The notes under the pieces: model-generated
Told to the model about the DNA's origin: nothing
Databases searched by the model: none
What the model saw: only the letters and a program-made list of their open reading frames with translations
Translations under genes and position numbers: made by a program
Shown: piece by piece, positions 28,919-41,914 of the stretch
Layout: every line of letters starts with the position of its first letter
Numbering within the stretch: the stretch's first letter is position 1
From: Myxococcales bacterium
GTDB lineage: Bacteria > Desulfobacterota > Binatia > HRBIN30
Direction of reading: 5' to 3'
DNA: 50,161 nt
NCBI GenBank assembly: GCA_037445065.1
Contig: JBBILD010000027.1
Span: 1-50,161 of the forward strand

Positions 28919-30286
28919 TTAGATTTCGATGCTGCGCCAAGCACCGCGCTGAAACCGCCAGAGCCAAACAGCGCCTAACACGGTGACGTAGAGCAGCTCG
29001 GCGATCCAGGCCCCGAGCACGCCGCCACCCCAGACGAGGGCAAAGAGGTAGACGAGCGGCAAGCGTAAGGCCCAGGCGAGGATGGCCTGCAAGAGGAAGG
29101 GAATGCGCGTATCGCCGGCCCCGCGGAGCGAGCCGCTGGTCACGATCCCGACGGCATCCAGCAGTTGGAAGAGCGCACCCAAAACCAAAAGCTTGCGCCC
29201 TACCTGGACCACTTCGTCGTCACGCGTGAACAAGTGGAGCAGGGGTTCCGGGATAGCGACGAACAGCGCCGCAACCAGGACCGCGAGGATCCCAGCTAAC
29301 TTGAGTGCCGACCAATGTGTGCGCTCTGCAGCTGCGTAGTCTTTGGCGCCCACGTAGCGTCCCACAAGAGCGGCGGCAGCAGCAGAAATTCCATAGGCTT
29401 GCATGAAGGAGAGGCTCAATAACTGGATCATGGCTTGGCTTGCTGCCATCGCCACCGAACCCATGTGCGAGATCACGGTGGAAAAAACTGCGAAGGAGAG
29501 CATGTCCAAGAACCACTGCCCGCCGAGAGGAAGGCTGGTGCGCAAGTACCGGTAGGTGAGTGGCAGCGAGGGTCGCACCGGTGTCGTGTCCATCTCGCGC
29601 CGGAAACCCGGACCCAGCACAAAGGCGAGCAGAACGGTACAGTGCAAGAGGTTGGCACAGGAGGTGGCGAGCGCGGCGCCGACCACACCGAGCCGAGGCA
29701 AACCCCACAGACCGAAGACCAAGCCCAGGCTCAGCACGAGGTTGAGCAGGTGGGCTACCAGACTGGCGAGGAGCGGGGAGCGAGTGTCGCCAAGTCCCCG
29801 CAAGAACGCCGTGAGGACCACTGCGCCGGCCAAAAAGGGCGTGCCCGGTAAGCGTGCGAGCACGTAGCTGGTGGCCACCTGGGTCAGCTCCGGTGAGGCA
29901 CCGGAGTGCCCCATCCAAACAGGGAAAAACAGGGCAATGGCGCCAGCCCACAGTGCCATGAGCGGGCAGAGGAGCCAGATCGCTTGCCACAGCCAGCGGC
30001 CGCATTCGGTCCAACGTCCGGCGCCATAGGCTTGCGCCACGAAGGTCTGGGCGCCGTTGGCAACGCCGACGAAGGGAACCACGAGTGTCCACAACCAAAT
30101 CCCACCGAGCCCCACACCCCCGAGTTCTGCAACTCCCAGGCGGCCGACGATCATGCTGTCCACCGTGTGCATCAACGTGTCGGACAACGTGTGCAGCACC
30201 GCCGGGTAGGCGAGCGCGGCGACTTCAGGCACATTGCCGCGCCGTGACAGCGCTGCTTGCGAAAGGGGAACGGAGCCAGCGGTCAC
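28919..30286 (-). CDS. MATE family efflux transporter
   Basis: VDSMIVGRLG, repeated LRGLGDTRSP / LRGAGDTRIP, LGVVGAALAT; about 12 TM segments; GTG start inferred. Confidence 0.92.
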   Translation of the reverse strand: MTAGSVPLSQAALSRRGNVPEVAALAYPAVLHTLSDTLMHTVDSMIVGRLGVAELGGVGLGGIWLWTLVVPFVGVANGAQTFVAQAYGAGRWTECGRWLWQAIWLLCPLMALWAGAIALFFPVWMGHSGASPELTQVATSYVLARLPGTPFLAGAVVLTAFLRGLGDTRSPLLASLVAHLLNLVLSLGLVFGLWGLPRLGVVGAALATSCANLLHCTVLLAFVLGPGFRREMDTTPVRPSLPLTYRYLRTSLPLGGQWFLDMLSFAVFSTVISHMGSVAMAASQAMIQLLSLSFMQAYGISAAAAALVGRYVGAKDYAAAERTHWSALKLAGILAVLVAALFVAIPEPLLHLFTRDDEVVQVGRKLLVLGALFQLLDAVGIVTSGSLRGAGDTRIPFLLQAILAWALRLPLVYLFALVWGGGVLGAWIAELLYVTVLGAVWLWRFQRGAWRSIEI

Positions 30287-30421
30287 GGGAGTTTCCTCGC
30301 ATCCTGGATTGCACGAGCGGGCACGCACCCAACCTGCGGGGCCGTGCCCCCGTCGTGCCTGCCTTGAAACCACGAACTCCTGGCTTGTACAAGCGCGAGA
30401 TTCCCACGCTTGTCGGCAACT

Positions 30422-31273
30422 TCAAGCGCGCGCGGTCACAATCCAGGCAGTCCCCTCCATCCGCACGCCTGCCGGCGTCTGGTAAGGCTGCAGGGCAGTG
30501 CACACGCTTTCCGCGACGCGTTCGATCAAATCCGCCGGTGCGCCGCGTAGCAGCTTTCCAGTGGGGCCCATTTGCAGCAGGAAATCCACCACTTGCTCGA
30601 GCGGAGCCTCTCCGCCGATGGAGAGCATCTCGCGCACGGTCTCGAACTCGATTGCTCGGTAGCCCGCCTCGCCCAAAATGCGGCGCACTTTGTCGGCATT
30701 GGCAAAGGCGAACGGGCCGGGGGCGTCAGGGTTGGGCAATTCTGGATTGGGCAAGTGAGGCAGCACCGCCATCATCGGCACGGCCATCCACGGGTTTTCC
30801 GTTACCGCCTGCCAGCATACGAATGCCAAGCGCCCGCCGCGCTTACTGGCCCGGCGCAAGTTGGCAAAAGCGGCCACAGGGTCGGCAAAGAACATGACCC
30901 CGAAGCGCGAGAACACCACATCGAAGCTCGCTTCCGGAAAGTCGTGGATCTGGGCATCGGCTTGCACGAACGAAGCTCCGGTCACCCCCTTTTGCGCGGC
31001 GCGCTCCCTTGCACGCTCGAGCATGGGGGCGGAAATGTCCACGCCCAGCACCTGCCCGCTGGGAGCGACACGCTCTGCCAACTCGAGGGTGGTATCCCCG
31101 CAGCCGCAGCCGACGTCGAGCACATGTTCACCGGCACTCACGCCGGCACGGTCCATGGCCTTGCGGCCGAGGGGGCGGATTTGGCCGTCGAGGAGCTCCT
31201 GAAAGCGCACCCATTTTTGTCCCGCCTCTTCATTCCAGTACCGGATTTGCTCGGCGTTCGGGCTTCCGTGCAT
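30422..31273 (-). CDS. Class I SAM-dependent methyltransferase
   Basis: VLDVGCGCG, GVDISAPML, SRFGVMFFADP, PGPFAFA. Confidence 0.92.
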   Translation of the reverse strand: MHGSPNAEQIRYWNEEAGQKWVRFQELLDGQIRPLGRKAMDRAGVSAGEHVLDVGCGCGDTTLELAERVAPSGQVLGVDISAPMLERARERAAQKGVTGASFVQADAQIHDFPEASFDVVFSRFGVMFFADPVAAFANLRRASKRGGRLAFVCWQAVTENPWMAVPMMAVLPHLPNPELPNPDAPGPFAFANADKVRRILGEAGYRAIEFETVREMLSIGGEAPLEQVVDFLLQMGPTGKLLRGAPADLIERVAESVCTALQPYQTPAGVRMEGTAWIVTARA

Positions 31274-31300
31274 TTTCTCCTCCGTGTTGCAGCAGCCCGT

Positions 31301-32266
31301 TTACGAGGCGGGCCGCGCGTGCGAGCGAAACTCTACTTCGCAGGCGTCTTGTGGGTCAAGTTGAACCGTAATGTGGGTGATCCCGAACTGATCGCGCAGG
31401 CCGCGTTGCACTTGCGGCAGTAAAGACCGCGAGTCCGTGCTGCCCGCGACCACCAGATGGGCGGTGAGTTGGTACATGCCCGAGGTCATGGTCCACACAT
31501 GCAGGTCGTGCACCTCGCGGACGCCCGGTAAGCTGCGCAAGTAGCGGTCAATTTCCCGCAGGCTCAGTTCGCGTGGTGTTCCCATCATGAGAATATCGAG
31601 CGATTCGCGAATGACGCCCCAGGAACTGTAAAGAATGAGGCCCCCGATCAGGAAGCTGGCGATGCTGTCCGCCCGCATCCAGCCGCTCCACCACATGGTG
31701 GCCGCGGCGAGCAAGGCGCCAAGCGAGCCCAAGGCATCGCCCAACACGTGTACGAAGGCCGCACGAACGTTGAGGCTTTGCCGCTGCGCGCGGTGCAGAA
31801 GCAGCATCACGGCCACGTTCACGATCAGGCCCGCCGCCGCCACCGCGAGCATTCCTTGGCTGTGCACCGCGGGCGGCTCGAGAAAGCGGGTGTACGCCTC
31901 GTGCCAGATGAGACCGACCACCAACCACATGGCCAGTCCGTTCACGAACGCCGCTACGATTTCGATTCGGTGGTAGCCAAAGGTCTTGCTCGCGGTCGGC
32001 GGTCGCTCCGCGAGCCAAAGCGCGAGTAGGCTGATCGACAGCGCCACCACATCGGAAAGCATGTGGCCGGCGTCGGAAAGCAAGGCCAAGCTGTTCGTCC
32101 ACCACCCGCCGGCTGCTTCGAAGGCACAAAAGCCGGCAGTGACGACGAGCGCCCACCGGAGGGGCTGCGTGAACGGGCGAGAGGCCGCGGGGTCGGGACG
32201 GCTTCGGGCGTTGCCAGCGGCCGGGCCTCGGCTCAGTTCTTGCCTTCCTGGAGCTGCCGTTTCCAT
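31301..32266 (-). CDS. Cation diffusion facilitator (CzcD/ZitB-like)
   Basis: SLALLSDAGHMLSD, TFGYHRIE, LNVRAAFVHVLGD, VHDLHVW; start uncertain. Confidence 0.92.
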   Translation of the reverse strand: METAAPGRQELSRGPAAGNARSRPDPAASRPFTQPLRWALVVTAGFCAFEAAGGWWTNSLALLSDAGHMLSDVVALSISLLALWLAERPPTASKTFGYHRIEIVAAFVNGLAMWLVVGLIWHEAYTRFLEPPAVHSQGMLAVAAAGLIVNVAVMLLLHRAQRQSLNVRAAFVHVLGDALGSLGALLAAATMWWSGWMRADSIASFLIGGLILYSSWGVIRESLDILMMGTPRELSLREIDRYLRSLPGVREVHDLHVWTMTSGMYQLTAHLVVAGSTDSRSLLPQVQRGLRDQFGITHITVQLDPQDACEVEFRSHARPAS

Positions 32267-32571
32267 TCCAGCACGCGCGCCTTTGCTGCCCACGCCTCGG
32301 CCTCGGCAATGTTCCCGGCCCGCTGGTAGATGCGGGAGAGGTTGGTGTACGCGAGTTGCTCTTCGGGATTGAGTTCGACCACTTTGCGGGCCGCTGCGAT
32401 GGCTTCTTCCCACTGCTCCTTGTCGGCAAGCGCCATGGACAAGCCCTCCCAGGCGTCGGCGAAGCCGGGATCCTGCTCGAGCGCGGCTCGGTATAGGGCG
32501 ATGGCGCCGTCGAGATCCCCCTCTGCGACCCGGTCCACTGCCTGCTCGTAAAGCTCTTCTGCGCTTGCCAT
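32233..32571 (-). CDS. Tetratricopeptide repeat protein
   Basis: Tandem TPRs (AIALYRAALEQDP, AIAAARKVVELNP). Confidence 0.85.
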   Translation of the reverse strand: MASAEELYEQAVDRVAEGDLDGAIALYRAALEQDPGFADAWEGLSMALADKEQWEEAIAAARKVVELNPEEQLAYTNLSRIYQRAGNIAEAEAWAAKARVLEWKRQLQEGKN

Positions 32572-32721
32572 CGTGTGTTCCTCGCGGCGCCCACTTTACT
32601 GAATTGGGTCGGCGGCTGCTAGCCGCGAGTTGCGTCTGAGGCGCTTCTGTTGTTGCGTTTTCTTTCGCCTGCTAGCCAACTGCGGCGTTGTTCCCGTTTG
32701 GGCCGCGCGTTTCGTGAGGGT

Positions 32722-35700
32722 ATGAGCGAATCTCTTTCGGACTTTCGCCGTGCTTGCCAACTGATTGAGGCTGGCTTGCGGCAGGGCAAGCAACAAAGCC
32801 AAACGTGGCAAGTGCGGGGTCTCATTGGTGGCGCGCGCGCGTACTTTTTGCGCGAGCTGGCCAGCGCCGTCGAGCGCCCGGCCCTGATCGTTACCGAGGG
32901 CGCGGAACAGGCTGAGTCCTTGTACGAGGACTTGCGCAGCTTCTTTGGCGAGGGTGACTGGACCCCGTTGCTCAACCGCCGCGTGCAGATTTTTCCCGCC
33001 TATGGCTTCGACCCATTCGAAGAAGTTTCCCCTCCGCCCGAGCTGGTGGCGCAGCGCATCGAGGCCCTGTTTCATCTCCTCCATGGCAAGCACCCGCTGG
33101 TGGTGGCGCCGGTGGAAGCGCTTCTCCAGCGGGTCCCTCCCCGCCGGCACTTCGGCGAGTGCTGGAAGTATCTGGCGGTGGGGGAGAGCTTCGATCGGGA
33201 GTCTTTGCTCAGCGAACTCGTAGACTGGGGCTACCGCCGCGTCGGGCTGGTCGAGGATCGTGGCGACTTGGCTGTGCGGGGCGCCGTGATGGATCTCTTC
33301 CCGCCTGGGTACTACCTGCCGGTGCGGCTGGAGCTGGACGGGGATACGCTTGTTGCCTTGCACAGCTTCGATCCTTCGACACAGCGTTCCCTGCACGAGC
33401 TGCGCGAACTCGTCCTCCTACCAGTGCGCGAGTTTCCCGTCTCGGCGCTGAGCGATCCTTCGACGTTACGCGCCGTGGAGGAGCGCGCCTTCGCGCTGGA
33501 AGTGCCACGCGAGCAGCGACGGCGCTACCTCGAGGCCTTGGAGGCCGGCGTCTTGTTGCCGGGAGTGGAGCAGTGGTTGCCGCTCTTGTACCGCGAGCCG
33601 CTCGACTCCGTGGTGGCGTACCTGCCGGAGTCATGCTGGCTGTGCCTCGACTCCGCTGGCGCGGTGGAGGCGCGTTTGGAAGCGTTCGCGGAAACCGTCC
33701 AGCAGCGCGCCCAGGAACGGGCCGAAGCGCACGAACTCGTGGTCGCTGCCGGCGAGCTGTACCTTACCCCGAAGCAGTGGCGCGAAGCATTTTTCTTTTC
33801 TCGAGCGCGTGTGGAACTCGAGCCGCTGGACATGTTGGCGGCCAGCGACGACCCGCACCATCTTTCGGTTGCGTGTTCCTCAGTACGGGGGCTCAAGTTG
33901 CAACGCTTACCGGGACGGCGTGAAGTTTCGTTCGAGCCTGTCGCCACCCAGGTGAGGGAGTGGAACAAAGCGGGCGAACGGATCATCGTGGCGGTGCAGG
34001 GAGGGGCACAAGTACGGCGCTTGGAGCAACTGTTCCAGAACCACGGCGTTTGGGTGCGGCCGCCGGTTCCCCTGGTCGAGGCGCTGGCACAAGAGTGGCG
34101 AGAAGGGGTGCAGTTCGCTGTCGGCCAACTCAGCGAGGGCTTTCGCCTGCCCCGCGAGAAGCTCGTGCTGTTAAGCGAAGCGAGCATTTTTGGCGAGCAC
34201 CGCCAGCGTCGGCGCGGTCCGAAGGTGGAGGTGGCGCAGCTCCTGCGCAACTTGGCGGAACTCAAAGTGGGCGATTTCGTGGTCCACATTGATTTCGGGG
34301 TGGCCCGCTACCGCGGCCTGGCTCACCTCAATATCACCGGCTGCGCGGGAGACTTCCTGCTCTTGGAGTACGCGGGTGGGGATCGCCTCTACGTGCCCGT
34401 GGAGCGGGTGAACCTGCTGCAAAAGTACGTCGGGAACGACGACAAGCCCCCGCCGTTGGACCGCTTGGGCAGCCAGCGCTGGGCGGCGGTCAAGAAACGC
34501 ATCAAAGAGCACGTGCTGGCCATGGCCAAGGAACTCTTGGAGGTGTACGCCGCGCGCGAGGTATTGGAGCGCAAGCCGTACCCGCCTCCGGATGCATACT
34601 ACCGCCAGTTCGAAGCGGAGTTTCCGTTCGAAGAAACGGAGGACCAAGCTCGCGCCATCGAAGAAGTGCTCGAAGATATGCAGAGGCCCCGCCCGATGGA
34701 TCGCTTGATCTGCGGAGATGTGGGCTTCGGCAAGACCGAGGTGGCCATGCGTGCCGCCTTCCTTGCCGTCATGGATGGCCGCCAGGTAGCGGTGCTCGTC
34801 CCCACCACACTGCTGGCGCAGCAGCACCTCCACACGTTCCGCAAGCGCTTTGCCGACTACCCGGTACGCATCGAGATGTTGTCGCGATTACAAAGTGCGG
34901 CTCAGAACAGGGAGGTGCTGCAAGGGGTGGAGAGCGGCTCGGTGGACATCGTCATTGGTACGCACCGACTGCTGCAAAAGGACGTCCGCTTCCGCCACCT
35001 CGGCCTGTTGGTGGTGGACGAGGAACACCGCTTCGGTGTGCGCCACAAGGAGAAAATCCGGCAATTGCGGAAACTGGTGGACACTCTGACCCTTACGGCC
35101 ACCCCGATCCCCCGCACACTGCAGATGGCCCTGCTTGGCATCCGCGACTTGTCGGTGATCGAAACTCCACCCATCGATCGCTTGGCAGTGCGCACCTATG
35201 TGACCCGGTACGACGAGAAGACGGTGCGCGAGGTGCTTTTGCGCGAAAAGGCCCGCGGCGGGCAGGCGTTTTTTGTCCACAATCGCGTGGAGACCATCGA
35301 GATCCGCGCCCGCAACTTGCGAGAGCTCGTCCCGGAGTGCCGGTTTGCGGTCGCGCACGGACAAATGAACGAGCACCAGCTCGAGCGGGTCATGCAGGAT
35401 TTCTTGGAGCGGCGCGTGGACGTATTGGTGTGCACGGCGATCATCGAGTCGGGTTTGGACATTCCCTCCGCGAACACCATTGTGATCGATCGCGCCGACC
35501 GCTTCGGGCTGGCACAGCTCTACCAGTTGCGCGGCCGTGTGGGCCGCTCCCACGAGCGAGCTTACGCCTACCTGATGATCCCTGGCGAACAGCTCGTTAC
35601 GCGCGAGGCACACATGCGCCTGCGCGCCCTGCTCGAACTCGACGACCTCGGCAGTGGCTTCCGCCTGGCAGCCAACGACCTCGAGATTCGCGGCGCGGGG

Positions 35701-36315
35701 AATTTGCTCGGTAAAGAGCAATCCGGGCAGATTGCTGCCGTGGGTTTGGAATTGTACGAGCAAATGCTGGCGGAAGCCGTGCAAGAGCTGCGCGGGCAAG
35801 CCGTGGAGCGGGACATCGAACCCGAGATGCAACTGGGCATCCCGGCGTATCTTCCCGGCAGTTACATCCCAGACGAGCACCAGCGGCTGGTGTTGTACCG
35901 CCGCTTAGCGAGTATCCGCGTCCTGTCCGAGGTGGAAGACATCGCTGCCGAACTGCGCGATCGCTTCGGCCCGTTGCCATCCGAAGCGGACTCCTTACTG
36001 CGCGTGATGCGGCTGCGGCGCATTCTCAAGAATTACCGCATCGAGCGGGTGCTGCGGCAGGGGCAGGCAGTGACCATTTCCTTCGACCCCCAGGCGCCAG
36101 TGGATTTGCAGCGGCTGGTGGAGTTGGTGCAGGCGGGCAAGGGCCGTTACTCCCTGCCGGCGGACTTTCAGCTTCGTGCCGAGCTGACCGCCCGCGATTT
36201 CGACGGGATCCTGGCCGAGATTGAGGAACTGCTGCACAAGCTTTTTGCTCCGCCCGAGGCGCAGGTACCGGCGGAGCGAGTTGCAAAACGGGTAGCCATG
36301 AGGGCAGAGGGATGA
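32722..36315 (+). CDS. mfd: Transcription-repair coupling factor
   Basis: UvrB-like N-terminus, CarD/RID domain, MDRLICGDVGFGKTEVA, DEEHRFG, QLRGRVGR, DLEIRGAGNLLG. Confidence 0.97.
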   Translation: MSESLSDFRRACQLIEAGLRQGKQQSQTWQVRGLIGGARAYFLRELASAVERPALIVTEGAEQAESLYEDLRSFFGEGDWTPLLNRRVQIFPAYGFDPFEEVSPPPELVAQRIEALFHLLHGKHPLVVAPVEALLQRVPPRRHFGECWKYLAVGESFDRESLLSELVDWGYRRVGLVEDRGDLAVRGAVMDLFPPGYYLPVRLELDGDTLVALHSFDPSTQRSLHELRELVLLPVREFPVSALSDPSTLRAVEERAFALEVPREQRRRYLEALEAGVLLPGVEQWLPLLYREPLDSVVAYLPESCWLCLDSAGAVEARLEAFAETVQQRAQERAEAHELVVAAGELYLTPKQWREAFFFSRARVELEPLDMLAASDDPHHLSVACSSVRGLKLQRLPGRREVSFEPVATQVREWNKAGERIIVAVQGGAQVRRLEQLFQNHGVWVRPPVPLVEALAQEWREGVQFAVGQLSEGFRLPREKLVLLSEASIFGEHRQRRRGPKVEVAQLLRNLAELKVGDFVVHIDFGVARYRGLAHLNITGCAGDFLLLEYAGGDRLYVPVERVNLLQKYVGNDDKPPPLDRLGSQRWAAVKKRIKEHVLAMAKELLEVYAAREVLERKPYPPPDAYYRQFEAEFPFEETEDQARAIEEVLEDMQRPRPMDRLICGDVGFGKTEVAMRAAFLAVMDGRQVAVLVPTTLLAQQHLHTFRKRFADYPVRIEMLSRLQSAAQNREVLQGVESGSVDIVIGTHRLLQKDVRFRHLGLLVVDEEHRFGVRHKEKIRQLRKLVDTLTLTATPIPRTLQMALLGIRDLSVIETPPIDRLAVRTYVTRYDEKTVREVLLREKARGGQAFFVHNRVETIEIRARNLRELVPECRFAVAHGQMNEHQLERVMQDFLERRVDVLVCTAIIESGLDIPSANTIVIDRADRFGLAQLYQLRGRVGRSHERAYAYLMIPGEQLVTREAHMRLRALLELDDLGSGFRLAANDLEIRGAGNLLGKEQSGQIAAVGLELYEQMLAEAVQELRGQAVERDIEPEMQLGIPAYLPGSYIPDEHQRLVLYRRLASIRVLSEVEDIAAELRDRFGPLPSEADSLLRVMRLRRILKNYRIERVLRQGQAVTISFDPQAPVDLQRLVELVQAGKGRYSLPADFQLRAELTARDFDGILAEIEELLHKLFAPPEAQVPAERVAKRVAMRAEG

Positions 36316-37247
36316 AGAAAAGCGGCTGGATCGCTGTGTTCGTGCTGGTGCTGGGCGCGGCAGAATCGGGTGCCGAGCGGATCAACGCCATTCTCGCAAC
36401 CGTAGACGGTGAACCCATTACGTTGTACGAGGTGCGGCAGTTCGAGAAGACCAACATTCGCGCCCGGCAGGCGCCTCCCTCCTCGCTCGCGGAATCGCTG
36501 CAGGCGGTCATTACAGAGAAGATCCTCGAGCAAGAAGTGAAGCAAAAGGGCATTATCGTGCGCGATCAAGACGTGAACGGCTACATCGAGCAGGTTAAAA
36601 GCCGCAACCGCTTGGACGACCGCGGGCTCGCTGAGGCCCTGCGCCAGCAAGGCCTGACGCTCGACGACTACCGCAAGCAAGTGCGCCGCGACTTGGCCCG
36701 CCAACAACTGATCGCCCGCGAGATTCGCGGCAAAGTGAGCGTCACCCCGGAAGACGTCGAACGGTACCTCAAAGAGCACCAAGAAGAAACCAAGAGCGCG
36801 GCGCGCACGCGCGTTGCGCACATTTTTTTCCGCCTGCCGGCGGGTGCGGATGCAGCGCAGCGGGCGGCAGTGCTCGCTAAGGCGGAGAGCGTGCGCGAAG
36901 AAATCGGAGCCGGGCTGGACTTTTCCGCCGCCGCGGCTCGGTACTCAGAAGACGCCTCGGCCCGCAGTGGTGGCGATCTCGGCTGGTTCAAGCCCGGGGA
37001 GATGCTCGACGAACTCGAAGAGGTGGCACGGCGCCTGCCAGTAGGGGAGGTGAGCGAGCCGATTGTCACCCGTTCCGGGGTGCACCTGCTGCGCGTGCTG
37101 GCACGCGAGGAAGGCGGCAAGGGCGATCGCAGCGCGCTCGAGGAGGAAGTGCGGCAGAAACTCTACAACCAAGCCCTCGAGGAGCGCTTCCAACGCTGGA
37201 TTAACGAAGACCTGTACAAGCAACACCACGTCGAGATTCTGGACTGA
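36312..37247 (+). CDS. surA: SurA-like peptidyl-prolyl isomerase
   Basis: Signal peptide, SurA N domain, parvulin motif AHI...YSED...GGDLGWF; lies between mfd and pdxA. Confidence 0.85.
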   Translation: MKKSGWIAVFVLVLGAAESGAERINAILATVDGEPITLYEVRQFEKTNIRARQAPPSSLAESLQAVITEKILEQEVKQKGIIVRDQDVNGYIEQVKSRNRLDDRGLAEALRQQGLTLDDYRKQVRRDLARQQLIAREIRGKVSVTPEDVERYLKEHQEETKSAARTRVAHIFFRLPAGADAAQRAAVLAKAESVREEIGAGLDFSAAAARYSEDASARSGGDLGWFKPGEMLDELEEVARRLPVGEVSEPIVTRSGVHLLRVLAREEGGKGDRSALEEEVRQKLYNQALEERFQRWINEDLYKQHHVEILD

Positions 37248-37260
37248 CGAGGCTGCCGCT

Positions 37261-38280
37261 GTGCGTCCGTATCTGGCGATCAGCATGGGCGACCCTGCCG
37301 GGATCGGCCCCGAAGTGGCCCTCAAGGCACTGGCCGCACTTCCTCGGCGCAGTGGTGTGCGTGCCCTGCTGGTCGGGGTGCCGGAGGTGTTTGTGCGCAC
37401 CGCGCAAGCGCTGGGGCTCGCACTGTCCTTCCGCACTTGCAGCTCGCTGAAGGAGCTGGCGGCGATGCCCGCACAGGTGCTGCCAGTGTGGCCGGTGGAA
37501 AGCTCGCTCGTGACCGTTGCCCCGGGAAAGCCGCGCTCTGCCCGCGAGGCGGCCGCTTGCGGGCAAGCATCGTACCGAGCTGTGTGTTGCGCTGTGGAAC
37601 TCGTGCAGCAGGGCTGGGTGGCCGGCCTGGTGACCGCCCCAGTGGCAAAGCGGCATTGGGAATTGGCAGGGTACGATGTACCCGGACACACCGAGCTGCT
37701 CGCGCGCTTGGCTGGGAACGTTCCCGTGCGCATGATGCTGGCAGGGCCGCGCTTGCGCGTGGTGCTGATGACCACGCACCTGCCCTTGCGCGAGGTGACC
37801 CAGCGCCTCTCCATGCCGCTGGTAGACGAGACCATCTTCATCACCTACCGCGCTCTGCGCCAGCGCTTCGCGATCCGCAACCCGCGACTGGCGGTCGCAG
37901 GAGTCAACCCACACGCTGGCGAGGGGGGCATGTTCGGCGACGAAGACGAGCGGATCCTTCGCCCGGCGGTGGGCCGGGCCCGGCAACGGCACATTGATGC
38001 CGAGGGCCCACTGCCAGCCGACACGGTGTATTACCGCGCCGCCTCCGGCGCGTACGACGCAGTGCTTGCCCCCTATCACGATCAGGCGCTGGCACCGTTC
38101 AAGCTCCTGCATTTCCAAGACGGAGTGAACGTCACTTTGGGCCTGCCCTTCGTGCGCACCTCGCCGGACCACGGTACCGCGTTCGATATTGCCGGCAAGG
38201 GCGTTGCCGACCCGTCCAGCATGGCAGCCGCGATCCGCATGGCGGCCGAGCTGGTGGCGCGGACGGGCACGACGCGGTAG
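37261..38280 (+). CDS. pdxA: 4-hydroxythreonine-4-phosphate dehydrogenase
   Basis: MGDPAGIGPE, PGHTE, NPHAGEGG, YHDQ, RTSPDHGTAFDIAGKG. Confidence 0.96.
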   Translation: MRPYLAISMGDPAGIGPEVALKALAALPRRSGVRALLVGVPEVFVRTAQALGLALSFRTCSSLKELAAMPAQVLPVWPVESSLVTVAPGKPRSAREAAACGQASYRAVCCAVELVQQGWVAGLVTAPVAKRHWELAGYDVPGHTELLARLAGNVPVRMMLAGPRLRVVLMTTHLPLREVTQRLSMPLVDETIFITYRALRQRFAIRNPRLAVAGVNPHAGEGGMFGDEDERILRPAVGRARQRHIDAEGPLPADTVYYRAASGAYDAVLAPYHDQALAPFKLLHFQDGVNVTLGLPFVRTSPDHGTAFDIAGKGVADPSSMAAAIRMAAELVARTGTTR

Positions 38281-38354
38281 CGACGGCGCGGAAAGGCGTG
38301 TGCGCGCGGAGCTAGCGCCCAGCCTCCCTTTGCACGGGTTCTACAGCGCACGGA

Positions 38355-39086
38355 TCAGTCCGCGGGAGCAGGTGGAAAGTAAAAGTTCAGGTCTGCCACC
38401 AAACGCGCGAGCGGGATCTGTCCGAAAACCGGCCTGAGGCTGGTGTAGACCAAGAGAGACCCAGCCAGGGGGAGCAGCAAACGCGAGAGCGAGCCCTGCG
38501 GCCCCATCCCCATGGTGACCAGCGGGGTGCGGCGGTGCTTCCAGGTGAATAGAAAGAGCCGCAGCGTGTCCTCGCGGTTGCGTACCTGGGTGGCGAGCTT
38601 GACCACATCCGCTCCTGCCCGGCGCGCCTCCCGCAGCCGGCGCTCGAGCGCCGAGTGGCCTGGGGTGCGGGCAAAATCATGGTGTGAGAGAAGCACCAGC
38701 TTTCCCTGCGCGCGTGCCGCTTGGATCACGCTGCGCAGCGCACCCGCTGCTGCAATCTCCACGTCCACCGCCTCCACGAGCGGCAGTAAGGCAAGGAAGA
38801 GGTCGCGTCGCTCGCCATCGGCGAGGGCGCATCCACCCCCTTCCCGCGCGCTGCGCACGGTGAGCAGCAAAGGAGGCCCAAGCGTTCTCAGAGTGGCTGC
38901 TGCCCGCTCCGCACTTGCGATCGTCGGCCTCGGTATCAGGTCGGCGCGCAACTCGAGCACGTCGGCACCCTTGCGTACCGCGGCGGTGACAGCCGCCGCG
39001 GGCCCGCGCACCGCAAGGACGATGCGCGGCCGTGGTCCCAGTTCGAGCGAACCGAGCCGCAATGACGCAGAGGCTTCTGTGGGCAT
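38355..39086 (-). CDS. aroD: Type I 3-dehydroquinate dehydratase
   Basis: ADVLELRAD, TVRSAREGG, SHHDFARTP, ADVVKLA, MGMGPQGSLSR. Confidence 0.9.
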   Translation of the reverse strand: MPTEASASLRLGSLELGPRPRIVLAVRGPAAAVTAAVRKGADVLELRADLIPRPTIASAERAAATLRTLGPPLLLTVRSAREGGGCALADGERRDLFLALLPLVEAVDVEIAAAGALRSVIQAARAQGKLVLLSHHDFARTPGHSALERRLREARRAGADVVKLATQVRNREDTLRLFLFTWKHRRTPLVTMGMGPQGSLSRLLLPLAGSLLVYTSLRPVFGQIPLARLVADLNFYFPPAPAD

Positions 39087-39202
39087 AAACCGATTAGCAG
39101 TTCGTGGATCCGTGTTCGCGCCTTTTGGCACAACACCCAGCCATTAGGCTAGGGGCTCGCGAGACAAGCGACGGCGAGTGGTTGTTTCGCTAAATACCAT
39201 TC

Positions 39203-39753
39203 ATGCTCATCACCATTTCCGGGACGCCCGGCAGCGGCAAAACAACAGTAGCGCGGCTATTGAGCGAGCGCTTGGGCTTACCTCATATATACGCGGGCGA
39301 CTTGTACCGCAGGGAAGCAGAGCGGCGCGGCATGACCTTGGAACAACTCAACCGGGAGAGCGAGCGCGATCACACCATTGATCGCCAGCTCGACCAGCTA
39401 GTGGTCGAGGCGCTCAAGCGCGGGCAGGCAATCGTGGAGGGACGCCTGGCTGCCTTTTTTGCACGCCTCGAGAACATCGAGGCGTTCAAAGTGTATCTGA
39501 CCGCAGACGAGCGCGTGCGGGCCGAGCGCGTGCGGCGGCGCGAGGGCGGTGATGCGTTGGCTCAATTACACGCCAACGAGGAGCGGCAGCGATCCGATGC
39601 GCGTCGCTACCGGGAGATTTACGGGTTCGACTTACAGGATCTCTCGCTCTACGACCTCGTGCTCTGTACTGACGATGCGTCGCCGGAGGAGTTGGCAGAA
39701 ATGATTGCGCGCGCGGCCTCGATCCGCTTTGGCAGCGCAGCGAAGCAGCAGGT

Positions 39754-39757
<4 letters not shown>
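39203..39757 (+). CDS. Archaeal-type (type 2) cytidylate kinase-like protein
   Basis: ITISGTPGSGKTTVARLL, AGDLYR...RGMTL, EGRLA, RYREIYG.D, YDLVL.TD. Confidence 0.85.
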
Positions 39758-41901
<2,144 letters not shown>

Positions 41902-41914
41902 GCCGGGAGGAGAG